Positions 26,740 through 36,207 of a stretch of 40,000 nt of DNA are shown here, piece by piece. The translations under genes and the position numbers were made by a program. The stretch comes from Bacillus velezensis (GTDB lineage: Bacteria > Bacillota > Bacilli > Bacillales > Bacillaceae). Numbering within the stretch: position 1 is the first letter of the stretch; each line of letters starts with the position of its first letter. The DNA lies in the NCBI RefSeq assembly GCF_001461825.1, contig NZ_LLZC01000019.1, forward strand, positions 526,947 to 566,946, read 5' to 3'. The notes below the pieces were generated by a model. That model saw only the letters and a program-made list of their open reading frames with translations. It was not told the origin of the DNA and ran no database searches.

Positions 26740-27693
26740 TTACAGTTTTTCTTCAATTTTGGCCTTCGTTTTCGGGCCGTAAATTCCGTCTGCCGTTAAT
26801 CCGCTGACGGATTGAAAACGTTTTACGGCATTTGCCGTTTTCGGACCGTAAACGCCGTCCGCCCCATGATTTTTTGCTCCTTTATCGGGATAAAAATAAA
26901 GAGCGGATAAAGCGTTTTGCACTTGTTTTACGTTTGTCCCTTTCGTCAGCGGTTTCGTCACTTTGATCACACCGGATGGAAGCGGATAGGAAGGCACAGC
27001 CTGACTTTTTGAAGAAGAACCCGTCTGAGCGAGCTTGATCACTTGTCCGACTGTAATGTGATTCGGATCGGTGATATGGTTGATGCTTTGCAGCGATTTT
27101 ACGCTGACACCGTGCGATGCGGCGATTTCCGATAAGGTGTCGCCTTTTTTCACATGGTATTCAGAGGCGGAAGAAGAAATAGAGGCTTTTTTCGCCGGCA
27201 TACTTCCGCTTAATTTCTTTGCAATCTTCGCCTTCACTTCATCCCAGCGGCCTTCAGACAAAATGCGGTGCGGGCAGTACTTTCCGTTCCAGTCCTGATG
27301 CTTTCTGATTCTGTCAATCCCCCAGCCCCGTTCTTTCAAAAGCTGCGCCGCGAACGCAATCGCCAGTTCTTCTGCGGCTCTGTACCGTTCGCCGCCTGAC
27401 TTGCTGTAACAGATTTCTATAGCAATCGACTTTCGGTTTCCGGTACCGTTCGTGCCGTCTCCCGAATGCCAGGCATTCCGGTCCAACGGAATTCCCTGGA
27501 TCACTTCTTTGTCATCAACCGCAAAATGATAGCTCGTTGATTCGCTGTTTCCCGTCATATAGCTGATTTCATTAGCGGCGGATGCGTCGTTTGCCGTGTT
27601 ATGAATGGTAATATACTCCGGCGTCATCGGATTCGGACATTTTAACGCATATTTATCAGCCGATACGAGCCGTTTTTTCACTTCAATCCCCAC
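26740..27693 (-). CDS. xlyB: N-acetylmuramoyl-L-alanine amidase XlyB (amidase_2 + LysM + peptidoglycan-binding repeats)
   Basis: 317-aa ORF with GTG start and RBS AAGGAGAG. It carries a LysM motif (YHVKKGDTLSEIAASHGVS) and C-terminal PG_binding_1-like repeats (DGVYGPKT...). Confidence 0.9.
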   Translation of the reverse strand: MGIEVKKRLVSADKYALKCPNPMTPEYITIHNTANDASAANEISYMTGNSESTSYHFAVDDKEVIQGIPLDRNAWHSGDGTNGTGNRKSIAIEICYSKSGGERYRAAEELAIAFAAQLLKERGWGIDRIRKHQDWNGKYCPHRILSEGRWDEVKAKIAKKLSGSMPAKKASISSSASEYHVKKGDTLSEIAASHGVSVKSLQSINHITDPNHITVGQVIKLAQTGSSSKSQAVPSYPLPSGVIKVTKPLTKGTNVKQVQNALSALYFYPDKGAKNHGADGVYGPKTANAVKRFQSVSGLTADGIYGPKTKAKIEEKL

Positions 27694-27800
27694 TCTTCAT
27701 CTCTCCTTATGCCTTTTTCATCAATAGGTGGCATTCGTAGGACAGATAACTTGAGCATATAGACCCTGCATTCGGATAAAAATGGAATGGATACGCATGC

Positions 27801-27831
27801 AAAAAATAAGACCCTTCCAAAGAAGGGTCTT
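27801..27831 (-). terminator. Terminator after phrA
   Basis: Minus-strand RNA AAGACCCUUC-UUUG-GAAGGGUCUU followed by AUUUUUU. Confidence 0.75.
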
Positions 27832-27835
27832 TATG

Positions 27836-27970
27836 TTATGTTTGGTTGCGCGCGGCAATATGGAATGTGCCGTCCGCTTGGTTTTCCAAATGGCTTTCAT
27901 GGCCGATCACCTGTGTAAAGCTGAACCCGACAGCAACAAGCAGCAATCCTGACAACAGTTTAGATTTCAT
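27836..27970 (-). CDS. phrA: PhrA phosphatase-regulator prepeptide (44 aa) ending in ARNQT
   Basis: ATG 27970 with RBS GAGAGGAG; the gene overlaps the rapA end by 11 nt. A signal peptide (MKSKLLSGLLLVAVGFSF) is followed by the C-terminal pentapeptide ARNQT, identical to the B. subtilis PhrA signal. Confidence 0.9.
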   Translation of the reverse strand: MKSKLLSGLLLVAVGFSFTQVIGHESHLENQADGTFHIAARNQT

Positions 27971-29090
27971 ATAGACAATCTCCTCTCTGGATTTGTTTTT
28001 GGGCGTGCACCATTTTTTCATAAAACGTGAGCGCTTTTTCAGGCTGTCCGTGTTTCATGTAAAATTTGGCAGCATCATGCGCCAATTCTTCCACATACGG
28101 ATACAGCATGTGTTCTTCCAGAAAATCAAACGTGTGCCTGACGGATGCGTTATCCATTTCCTTGCCGTATAACGCATGTAAAAATTGGAACAGATTCACA
28201 AACAATTCATCATTGTATTCGCGGGCGATACTGAGCCCGAGGCGGTATTGCTTCTCTGCTTCGGCTGTAGTGTTCTGTTTATAAAGAACCTGTGTTAATG
28301 AGTAAATAGAATGCGGAAGATTATCGAACTTTTCTGACCTGCAAATGGAAACGGATGTCTCAAAATATTCGGCTGCTTTAGAGAGGTCTCCCATTTTTTC
28401 GTAACAGTTTCCGAGATTATATAAGGCTGAACTGATAAGACGGGGATTGCCTTCTTGTTTTGCAAGATCTAAAGCAAGTTCTAAGTGGGGCAATGCTCTT
28501 TCTGGATACTGCATGTCATCATAATTCCCTGCAATAACGAATTCACATTGGATTCTGCGGACGTTGTACGTCTCATACGATTGGTACGTTTCAAGGGCTT
28601 GAACGGCATAACTCATGGAGACGTAGGTTTGTTTCAGGTTGTAAAATATCTCGGCCATTTTAAAAGCAAACTCAGCTTTCTCGATGTCATCAGAAACGAG
28701 TGCAAGGTTTTTTTCAGCCCGTTTGTAATACATCATGGCGTTTAGGAACATTTTCTGTTTAAATTCGTACATTCCTCGAAAAAAATTAAAGTAGTAATCA
28801 AGCAGTCCTGTCAGTTTATACTGGTTGCCTTCAATGTCTTCCAATAATTCTGAAAACTCAGGCTGAGAAGGGTCCTCCTTTAAGGGCTTGATGTAATCCA
28901 GCATGACACGGTGTCTGAATTCCATTAATGAATAATACAGCAGCAGATCCTGATCTTCTTCCATATCCTCGATCTCTCTCTCTACTTCACGTTTGACGCG
29001 CTCCGCCTCAAGGACGTGAAACTGCCGGATATGGGTATACCATTCATTAATTTTGAGCCCGACAAAAGAGGACGGAATAGTCTGCTTCAT
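27960..29090 (-). CDS. rapA: Response-regulator aspartate phosphatase RapA (TPR protein)
   Basis: ATG 29090 with RBS AAAGGGGGG. The sequence MKQTIPSSFVGLKINEWYTHIRQFHV... closely matches the RapA sequence I remember. Confidence 0.9.
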   Translation of the reverse strand: MKQTIPSSFVGLKINEWYTHIRQFHVLEAERVKREVEREIEDMEEDQDLLLYYSLMEFRHRVMLDYIKPLKEDPSQPEFSELLEDIEGNQYKLTGLLDYYFNFFRGMYEFKQKMFLNAMMYYKRAEKNLALVSDDIEKAEFAFKMAEIFYNLKQTYVSMSYAVQALETYQSYETYNVRRIQCEFVIAGNYDDMQYPERALPHLELALDLAKQEGNPRLISSALYNLGNCYEKMGDLSKAAEYFETSVSICRSEKFDNLPHSIYSLTQVLYKQNTTAEAEKQYRLGLSIAREYNDELFVNLFQFLHALYGKEMDNASVRHTFDFLEEHMLYPYVEELAHDAAKFYMKHGQPEKALTFYEKMVHAQKQIQRGDCLYEI

Positions 29091-29172
29091 CCTCAATAAA
29101 TCCCCCCTTTTGGAATGACCGAGATATGTCATATTTTATCATATTTGCTAGAAAAAGAAGAACGCAAAAAGA

Positions 29173-29202
29173 CCGCAATTGTCGAATTTCGGATATCCGC
29201 AA
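29173..29202 (-). promoter_or_regulatory. ComA-box-like elements upstream of rapA
   Basis: The minus strand reads TTGCGGATATCCGAAA (consensus TTGCGG-N4-CCGCAA, one mismatch) at 29187-29202, plus a third TTGCGG half-site at 29173-29178. Confidence 0.55.
29180..29186 (+). promoter_or_regulatory. Spo0A box, TGTCGAA
   Basis: Exact 7-mer lying between the ComA half-sites. Confidence 0.45.
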
Positions 29203-29300
29203 CGATTTATCTCCGTCACAAGCTTATTGCTTGTTTCTTCCGTGCCGTTGATATAGCATATCCTTGCAGCTTTTATTCTGTATTAAATGGGGGTTTTCAC

Positions 29301-29768
29301 ATGACAGCACAAAATCAATTGGTCAGCCACTTTCTGTCACATCGAAACGTGACGATTGAACTGGCGGAAAAAATCAGCCGCGAGCATTACGACTACAAAC
29401 CGGCAGAGACATCAATGTCCGCTCAGGAACTTGTAAAACACATCGTTTATTCTTTTCTTATGTTTGCAAACGTCATTAACGACGGAAACGGATCAGCCAT
29501 CCAGAACAAACCGAAAGAAGAAGCGGAAACAGACCTCGTCAAACTGGCGGAAGCATGTACTGAAAAAACGACAGACATTCTGTCACAGCTGACTGAAGAG
29601 CAGCTGAACCGCGAAATTGACCTGACCGCCTCTTTCGGCAGAAAAGTGACCGGCGCTGCTCTCCTTCAGCTTGCCATGGAGCATGAAATTCATCATAAAG
29701 GCAACCTTTTCGTGTATGTCAGAGAAATGGGCCACACGGAACTTCCGTTTTATCAGCAAAAATCATAA
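29301..29768 (+). CDS. yjoA: DinB-family protein YjoA
   Basis: ATG 29301 with RBS AAATGGGGG gives 155 aa. The motif HEIHHKG is typical of the DinB/YfiT fold. The ORF-track start at 29115 lies in the rapA control region. Confidence 0.8.
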   Translation: MTAQNQLVSHFLSHRNVTIELAEKISREHYDYKPAETSMSAQELVKHIVYSFLMFANVINDGNGSAIQNKPKEEAETDLVKLAEACTEKTTDILSQLTEEQLNREIDLTASFGRKVTGAALLQLAMEHEIHHKGNLFVYVREMGHTELPFYQQKS

Positions 29769-29775
29769 TCCGGCC

Positions 29776-29818
29776 ATCCGCCGGTCTGCGACATAACAGC
29801 AGGCTGGCGGATTTTTTT
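29776..29818 (+). terminator. Terminator after yjoA
   Basis: 14-bp stem (two wobble pairs), 9-nt loop, then T7. Confidence 0.7.
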
Positions 29819-29847
29819 GTTCTGTATAAAATTTTCCGAAAATTTAA

Positions 29848-29876
29848 TTGATTACCGCCTCTTAATCATATATAAT
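29848..29876 (+). promoter_or_regulatory. Sigma-A promoter of yjnA, TTGATT-17-TATAAT
   Basis: Hexamers at 29848-29853 and 29871-29876 with a 17-nt spacer, 38 nt upstream of the ATG. Confidence 0.65.
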
Positions 29877-29913
29877 CTGATAAAAATAGTAGGATTATTC
29901 AGGAGGCACACAG

Positions 29914-30678
29914 ATGACTGTAAGCATTGTGTTTATGGGTTTCTTTGTCGGAACGCTTGTCGGATTGACGGGTGTGGGAGGAGCGGCGCTTTTGACTCCT
30001 TTACTGATCGTTTTGGGGATCAACCCCTCAATCGCCGTCGGCACTGACCTTTTATATAACTCCATCACCAAACTGTTCGGTGTCGTTTCTCATTGGAAGC
30101 AGCGTACCGTTCAATTTAAACTTGTCGGCTACTTGGCGCTCGGAAGCATTCCCAGCGCAACAGCCGCCATCGGTGTTCTTCACTTGTTTCCCGCTTTTCA
30201 CCAGCATCAGGAGCAGATTATCAAACAGGCGCTCGGCTACGTGCTGACCCTTGTCGCCATTTCCATTATCGCCCGCCTTTTTTTCGATAAAAAACTGCGG
30301 CCGAACCGCTGGCAGCAAAAAACGCTTGAAGAAAAGCGGACACTCATGATATTGATCGGCGTCATTTTCGGCTTCATCGTCGGCCTGACATCTATTGGGT
30401 CCGGCTCGTTATTTGCGATCGCCATGCTATACCTGTTCAGAATGAAAACGGCAGAAGTAGTGGGAACGGATATCGCACATGCCTTTCTGCTCGTAACTGC
30501 TGCCGGTCTGTTAAACGCAAGCTTCGGAAGCGTCGATTACCTGCTTGTATTGAATCTGTTGATCGGCTCTGTGCCGGGTGTGCTTCTCGGCAGCTTCTTT
30601 TCGCCGAAATTCTCACCGCGCCCGCTGCAATTTGTGATGGCGGCGATTATTTTAATCAGCGGAATAAAATTAATATAA
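29914..30678 (+). CDS. yjnA: TauE/SafE-family membrane transporter YjnA
   Basis: 254-aa hydrophobic multi-span ORF with RBS AGGAGG and a consensus sigma-A promoter upstream. Confidence 0.8.
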   Translation: MTVSIVFMGFFVGTLVGLTGVGGAALLTPLLIVLGINPSIAVGTDLLYNSITKLFGVVSHWKQRTVQFKLVGYLALGSIPSATAAIGVLHLFPAFHQHQEQIIKQALGYVLTLVAISIIARLFFDKKLRPNRWQQKTLEEKRTLMILIGVIFGFIVGLTSIGSGSLFAIAMLYLFRMKTAEVVGTDIAHAFLLVTAAGLLNASFGSVDYLLVLNLLIGSVPGVLLGSFFSPKFSPRPLQFVMAAIILISGIKLI

Positions 30679-30708
30679 AAAAGGCGGTCTGTTGTCAGAT
30701 CGCCTTTT
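30679..30708. terminator. Bidirectional terminator between yjnA and uxaA
   Basis: AAAAGGCGGTCTG-TTGT-CAGATCGCCTTTT. Confidence 0.7.
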
Positions 30709-30711
30709 CCC

Positions 30712-32205
30712 TTATAACGTCACACCGGACTTAAAGATTGCAAGCTCCCGAAAATCGTTTTTTTCGTTATTGACGAATTCTCCGCTTGCAACTTTAATAA
30801 TGTATTGAATAAAATCTCTTACAATGTGATCTTCTGTTGTTTGGTCTTCCGCCAATCTGCCCGCGTTGTAATCAATCCAATGAGGCTTTGATTGAAATAA
30901 ATCGGTATTTGTTGATACTTTCACAGTCGGGACAAATGTGCCGAACGGCGTGCCTCTTCCGGTTGTAAACAAAACGATGTGACAGCCCGCCGCTGCGAGC
31001 GCTGAAGAAGCGATTAAATCATTGCCGGGCGCACTGAGCAGTGTCAATCCCTTTGTTTTCAGGGTTTCACCGTATGTCAGCACATCAGAAACCGGTGCAA
31101 GACCGGCTTTTTGGGTGCAGCCGAGCGACTTGTCTTCGAGCGTTGAAATGCCGCCTTCCTTATTCCCTGGTGACGGGTTTTCATAAATCGGCTGCTCGTG
31201 CTTCATAAAATATTGCTTGAAATCATTGATCAATCGGACTGTTTTATGAAACACTTCTTCGCTCGCCGCACGCTGCATGAGAATCGTCTCAGCGCCGAAC
31301 ATCTCAGGCACCTCCGTTAAGACCGTGCTCCCTCCCTGTGCAATCAAGTAATCTGAAAATCTCCCTAATAAAGGGTTTGCGGTGATGCCGGAAAAACCGT
31401 CCGACCCGCCGCACTTCAATCCGATGCTCAATTCTGACAGCGGAATCTCCTCACGTTTATCTCCCTTTGCCGCAAGGTGTATCTCTTTAAGTAGCGCAGT
31501 CCCCGCTTCAATTTCATCTGTGACAGCCTGTGATTCGAGAAATTTCACCCGATCTCCATTCACTTCAGAAAGCGTTTCCTTAATCGCCGCCAGCTCATTA
31601 TTTTCACAGCCCAGCCCTAAAACCAGCACACCGCCCGCATTTGGATGACGGATGGCGTTTATCAGCATTTGTTTCGTATTCTCATGATCATCGCCAAGCT
31701 GGGAGCAGCCGTATTGGTGCTTTAAAACCAGCACATTGTCAAAGGGCGCAATGTCTTTCGCCTCTTTTACGAAGCGCTGCAGGATTTTCTCAGCGACGCC
31801 GTTTACACAGCCGACTGTAGGTACGATCCACAGTTCATTCCGGACGCCGGATGTACCGTTTTCTCTTTTGTAGCCTTTAAATGTCCGGTTCTCATTTGTA
31901 AAAGGATTGTCCTCGAAGCGCGGTGAATACGTGTATTCTTGCACATCGGATAAATTCGTTTGCAGATTATGGGTATGAATATGCTCGCCGGCCGAAATCC
32001 GCCTTGTCGCACGCCCGATCGAAAAACCGTATTTAATGATGCTGCCGTTTTCTTCAATGGTTTGCAGCGCGATTTTATGCCCCCGCTTTACAGGGTCCTT
32101 CACTTCAATCGTCAGTCCGTGTGTATGCAGCCGCTCCCCTTTGTTAAAATGGCGCATGGCGAGAAGCACATTATCGTTTTTATGGATTTTTATGACCTCT
32201 TTCAT
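30712..32205 (-). CDS. uxaA: Altronate dehydratase UxaA
   Basis: ATG 32205 overlaps the uxaB stop (ATGA) and has RBS GGGGGA; 497 aa. SAF-domain N-terminus (MKEVIKIHKNDNVLLAM). Confidence 0.9.
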   Translation of the reverse strand: MKEVIKIHKNDNVLLAMRHFNKGERLHTHGLTIEVKDPVKRGHKIALQTIEENGSIIKYGFSIGRATRRISAGEHIHTHNLQTNLSDVQEYTYSPRFEDNPFTNENRTFKGYKRENGTSGVRNELWIVPTVGCVNGVAEKILQRFVKEAKDIAPFDNVLVLKHQYGCSQLGDDHENTKQMLINAIRHPNAGGVLVLGLGCENNELAAIKETLSEVNGDRVKFLESQAVTDEIEAGTALLKEIHLAAKGDKREEIPLSELSIGLKCGGSDGFSGITANPLLGRFSDYLIAQGGSTVLTEVPEMFGAETILMQRAASEEVFHKTVRLINDFKQYFMKHEQPIYENPSPGNKEGGISTLEDKSLGCTQKAGLAPVSDVLTYGETLKTKGLTLLSAPGNDLIASSALAAAGCHIVLFTTGRGTPFGTFVPTVKVSTNTDLFQSKPHWIDYNAGRLAEDQTTEDHIVRDFIQYIIKVASGEFVNNEKNDFRELAIFKSGVTL

Positions 32206-33647
32206 TTCACTTCCCCCTTTTTGCCGCAGCATTCATGTAACGCATGCTTCATACCCCGCTTATGAATGACAGACAGAAAAAAAGCCGTTCGTTCAGTCAG
32301 CCCCGGAAGATGATTCAGATTCTTCCCCCACAATCGCTCTTCTCCTAATATGGCAGATGCCGCTTGAAACATATCATCTTTGCAACGGGACCGCGCCATT
32401 TGAAAACGGTTAAGAACCTCCTCGCCGTCAGCCGGTTTGTTCGGTCCGTTCCAGTATGAATAGATCATGGCGCTGAACGAAAATACCAGCTTCTCAGGTA
32501 GCCGGCCCTCCTGTTCGATATAAGCCTTCAGCGTCGGCAGGTTTCTTGTTTTGAATTTCGCGGCAGCGTTAAGGGTAATGCTTTGCAGATAATGTTGGAT
32601 ATAAGGGTTTTTAAACCGCTGTAACACATCTGCCGCGTATTGGGTGACACCCTCCATTTGCAGCACAGGGAGGATTTCTTCATTGATCAGCTCTTCGATG
32701 AATCTGCCCGTCACCTCGTGCTCAGCCGCTTCCCGGACGGTTTGCAGTCCGTATAGTAAAGCCACTGGCGCCAATGCCGTGTGAGCGCCGTTTAAGATTC
32801 TCACCTTTTTTGTCCTGTAAGGCGTAAGGTCAGACGTGATCAGTGCGTTCAGCCCGGCCTCAGCAAAAGGAAGCTCATTCTGAAGCTGTTCCGGCCCTTC
32901 TATCACCCACAAATAATAATGCTCACTGACCACAATCAGACGGTCTTCGTATCCGAGAAAATCGGTAAGTTCTTCCGTGGTATCAACAGGAAATCCGGGA
33001 ACAATCCGATCCACGAGAGTATTGCAGAAGATGTTCGCGTCATGAATCCATTGAGTAAAATCAGGCTCCAGCTCCCACAGCCCGGCATATTGAAGCACGG
33101 CAGCCTTCAGTTTCCGTCCGTTTTCTTCGACCAGTTCACATGGAAGCACAATGCACCCTTTCTCGGCGTCACCCGCAAATGCCTTATAGCGGAAATAAAG
33201 GAACGCCGCTAATTTCCCGGGGAATGTTTTTTGAGGTCTATCCTCAAGCCGGTCGCCTTTCTCAAACGTAATTCCCGCTTCTGTCGTATTGGAAATGATA
33301 AAACGAAGCTCCTCTTGTGCTGCCAGCCGTTTAAAGGAATCATAGTCAGAAAAAAGATCAATGCCGCGGCTGATGGATTTGACGATCATGTGTTCTTCAG
33401 ACGGTTTTCCGTCCTTTATCCCCCGCAAAAAAAGCGTAAACAAACCGTCCTGCTCGTTTAAACGTTTGATTTTCTCAGAGCCTCTCGGCTGTACGGCGAC
33501 AACGCTTCCGTTAAAATCCGTCAATTGATTCATTTGATCGATCTGCCAGTCTGCGAAGGCCCGCAAAAAGTTGCCTTCGCCGAACTGAAGGACTTTTTCA
33601 GGATATTGAATGTATTCACCGCACATCTTTTTATTCAGCTGACGCAA
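32202..33647 (-). CDS. uxaB: Tagaturonate reductase (altronate oxidoreductase) UxaB
   Basis: I prefer TTG 33647 (perfect RBS AAGGAGG 8 nt upstream; 481 aa). ATG 33668 in the ORF track has no RBS. Confidence 0.85.
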   Translation of the reverse strand: MRQLNKKMCGEYIQYPEKVLQFGEGNFLRAFADWQIDQMNQLTDFNGSVVAVQPRGSEKIKRLNEQDGLFTLFLRGIKDGKPSEEHMIVKSISRGIDLFSDYDSFKRLAAQEELRFIISNTTEAGITFEKGDRLEDRPQKTFPGKLAAFLYFRYKAFAGDAEKGCIVLPCELVEENGRKLKAAVLQYAGLWELEPDFTQWIHDANIFCNTLVDRIVPGFPVDTTEELTDFLGYEDRLIVVSEHYYLWVIEGPEQLQNELPFAEAGLNALITSDLTPYRTKKVRILNGAHTALAPVALLYGLQTVREAAEHEVTGRFIEELINEEILPVLQMEGVTQYAADVLQRFKNPYIQHYLQSITLNAAAKFKTRNLPTLKAYIEQEGRLPEKLVFSFSAMIYSYWNGPNKPADGEEVLNRFQMARSRCKDDMFQAASAILGEERLWGKNLNHLPGLTERTAFFLSVIHKRGMKHALHECCGKKGEVK

Positions 33648-33671
33648 GCTGTCCGCCTCCTTCTGCATTTA

Positions 33672-33685
33672 TGCACACGTTAACA
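33672..33685. promoter_or_regulatory. Third operator-like site, TGCACACGTTAACA, upstream of uxaB
   Basis: Same CGTTAACA half-site, in the exuR-uxaB spacer. Confidence 0.4.
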
Positions 33686-33722
33686 TTTTTCTGTACGAAA
33701 ACCCGGATAATCAGACGGGCCG

Positions 33723-34721
33723 TTATGTGAGTTTTTTAATTGAATCTCTTATCATCACCTCGGTGTTTTCGTATATTTTTTCCGCCGCCGTATCCGGGTC
33801 GGCGATTAGCGCCAAAATCTTCTCTGCGCCGAGTATGCTGATGTTTTCAACCGGGCGTTTTACTGTCGAAAGCCTCGGCGTCATGTATTGGGAAATGCCG
33901 ATGTCATCAAACCCGATAACGGATATATCTTCCGGAACGTTCAGGCCTTTGGCGAAAATGGCATTCATCGCCCCGATCGCCATATCATCGTTTGAACAAA
34001 AAACAGCCGTAGGCGGTGATTGAAGCGCCAAGAGTTTTTCCATCGCCTGACTGCCGCTTTCCATATCATAGCGGCCTTTTACACTGTATTCATGCTTAAT
34101 CGGGATAGAATGATCAATTAAAGATGTCAAATAGCCTTCTTTCCGCTGAGAAGTTGACCTGAATCCTTCCTTTCCCTCAATGATCGCGATATCTCTGTGT
34201 CCGTTTGCGATCAGGCAGTCGACCGCCTGTCTGGAGCCTTCTTTATCGTTTGACAGGATATTGGTGATGCTCCGGTCATCAATGTCCCGGTTCAGCACGA
34301 CAAGCGGGATGTTTTTCTCGCGAATATGATAAATAAATGAATTATCACTGTCGCTTTGGCTCATTAAAATGATTCCGTCATATCTCATGGGCGTAATGGT
34401 TTCAAAGCTTTTCAGGTCGTCAATCGCGCGGACGAACAAATTGTATTCCTCACTGATTGTGCGGTTTACACCTTTGATGGTATCGGAAAAAAAGCTGTGT
34501 GAGGTTCCGTTTGTGATGCTTGTAAAAAACAGTCCGATCGTATGGGACTTTTGCATGGCAAGGCTTTTTGCATTTACATTCGGTGTGTAATTCAGCTGTG
34601 AAGCGAGCTCTAATATTTTCTGTTTTGTATGCTCTTTAATGTAGGGGCTGCCGTTAAGTGCCCGGGATACGGTGGTGTGGGATACGTTGGCGAGTTTTGC
34701 GATATCTTTTATGGTTACCAT
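33723..34721 (-). CDS. exuR: LacI-family hexuronate repressor ExuR
   Basis: ATG 34721 gives 332 aa starting MVTIKDIAKLANVSHTTVSRALNG, a LacI-type HTH. Confidence 0.9.
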   Translation of the reverse strand: MVTIKDIAKLANVSHTTVSRALNGSPYIKEHTKQKILELASQLNYTPNVNAKSLAMQKSHTIGLFFTSITNGTSHSFFSDTIKGVNRTISEEYNLFVRAIDDLKSFETITPMRYDGIILMSQSDSDNSFIYHIREKNIPLVVLNRDIDDRSITNILSNDKEGSRQAVDCLIANGHRDIAIIEGKEGFRSTSQRKEGYLTSLIDHSIPIKHEYSVKGRYDMESGSQAMEKLLALQSPPTAVFCSNDDMAIGAMNAIFAKGLNVPEDISVIGFDDIGISQYMTPRLSTVKRPVENISILGAEKILALIADPDTAAEKIYENTEVMIRDSIKKLT

Positions 34722-34791
34722 CGTTTTTCCTTTCTTTCTGTATGCTGTCATTTATTTCTATTGTACCATTAACGGACAGCCCATAAAATCA

Positions 34792-36183
34792 CTAAAGTTG
34801 AGGTTTTGCATGATGTAAGTCCTGAACGAGCTCGGCATGCTGCCGGTCCGTCAGTTTATACATCAAACCGATAATCAGCATGGCGCACGCTAAAGCGAAA
34901 GCCGGGTACAGCAGCAGAAGCCCTTTAATCCCGATTAACGTGCCTTTTGTCTGAGATGCATTCGGGATATAGCCGATAACGCTCAGCCCGATGCCTGAAA
35001 GAAAACCTGATAAAGATTGGGCGAGTTTTCTGGAGAAGTTGAAAAGCGAATATGTCGTCGCCTCCTTCCGTTCACCCGTCTTCCATTCTCCGTAATCAAT
35101 AATGTCCGACACAAGCGCCCACGTAATGCCGTTTGGTATGCTGATCCCGATAAAAGCAATGCTCGCTAACGCCGTAAAGATATATACATTTGACGGGAGA
35201 CAGAAATTCAGCGCATCAGCCGCGGCGCTGACGGCAAAACCGATCATCACCGTTTGCTTTTTTCCGAAGCGTTTGACGAGTTTCGGCATAAACAAAACAC
35301 CTAAAAATGAAGAACCGATGATGATAAAACTCATGTAGGACATCAGCTCCGCATTGTTGAGATTGTACTGGGCGAAGTAAACAAGCATAGCGGATTTAAT
35401 GTTATATGCCGATATTGAGAAAATCGTCATGAAAACGACGGTCAGAAGCGGTTTGTTGCCGATAAAGCATTTGAAAACCGACATGACGGACAGCTTTTCT
35501 TTCGGCGCTTCACGGACGATAATTCTTTCTTTGCAGTTTCGGTAGCAGATCATAAATCCCGCGATTCCGATTACGGCCATCATTCCCATGACTGCCGGGT
35601 AGCCGATGTGAACGTTATCAAAATGAACGAGAATCGGGATGACGATGACACTTGTAATGAGCAGCGCGCCGAGGGAGCCGATCTGGCGGAATGCAGAAAG
35701 CGCCGTTCTGTCCTCCGCATCCTGTGTAATGGCCGCGCCGAGGGAGCCGTACGGAATATTGACGAAAGAATAAGCGACCCCCCACAGCATGTAAGAAGCA
35801 TAGGCGTACACAAGCTTCCAGGTGACGCTCACGTCCGGTGACACAAAAATCAATACGGTCATGACCGCAAGAATAATACTTCCGAATAATAAATACGGCC
35901 TGAATTTACCCCGGGGTCCGATCTTTTTTCTGTAGTCAATGGCCGAGCCGACAATCGGATCAGTCACAGCCGCAAACAGCTTGCTGACCAAAAAAATACT
36001 GCCGGCGAACGCTGCCGGAATGCCTGCGACATCTGTGAAAAACTTCAGCAAATAGATCTGCCCGAGATCAAACATAAATCCGTTCCCAAAATCTCCAAAT
36101 CCATAGGATACTTTTTCTTTCAGACTCAGCTTATGCTCCTTCACTTTTGCGGCAGGTGCTGTCACGACAGGCACATTACTCAT
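34792..36183 (-). CDS. yjmB: GPH-family (glycoside-pentoside-hexuronide) cation symporter
   Basis: 463-aa hydrophobic ORF containing SYGFGDFGNGFMFDL, in the position after uxaC. Confidence 0.8.
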   Translation of the reverse strand: MSNVPVVTAPAAKVKEHKLSLKEKVSYGFGDFGNGFMFDLGQIYLLKFFTDVAGIPAAFAGSIFLVSKLFAAVTDPIVGSAIDYRKKIGPRGKFRPYLLFGSIILAVMTVLIFVSPDVSVTWKLVYAYASYMLWGVAYSFVNIPYGSLGAAITQDAEDRTALSAFRQIGSLGALLITSVIVIPILVHFDNVHIGYPAVMGMMAVIGIAGFMICYRNCKERIIVREAPKEKLSVMSVFKCFIGNKPLLTVVFMTIFSISAYNIKSAMLVYFAQYNLNNAELMSYMSFIIIGSSFLGVLFMPKLVKRFGKKQTVMIGFAVSAAADALNFCLPSNVYIFTALASIAFIGISIPNGITWALVSDIIDYGEWKTGERKEATTYSLFNFSRKLAQSLSGFLSGIGLSVIGYIPNASQTKGTLIGIKGLLLLYPAFALACAMLIIGLMYKLTDRQHAELVQDLHHAKPQL

Positions 36184-36207
36184 AGGCCACCTCTTTCATT
36201 CCATTTT

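Noticed and set aside
29115-29300. N-terminal extension of yjoA in the ORF track
   Set aside because: It runs through the rapA promoter and ComA/Spo0A region and has no RBS. ATG 29301 has a good RBS and gives a normal DinB-size protein.
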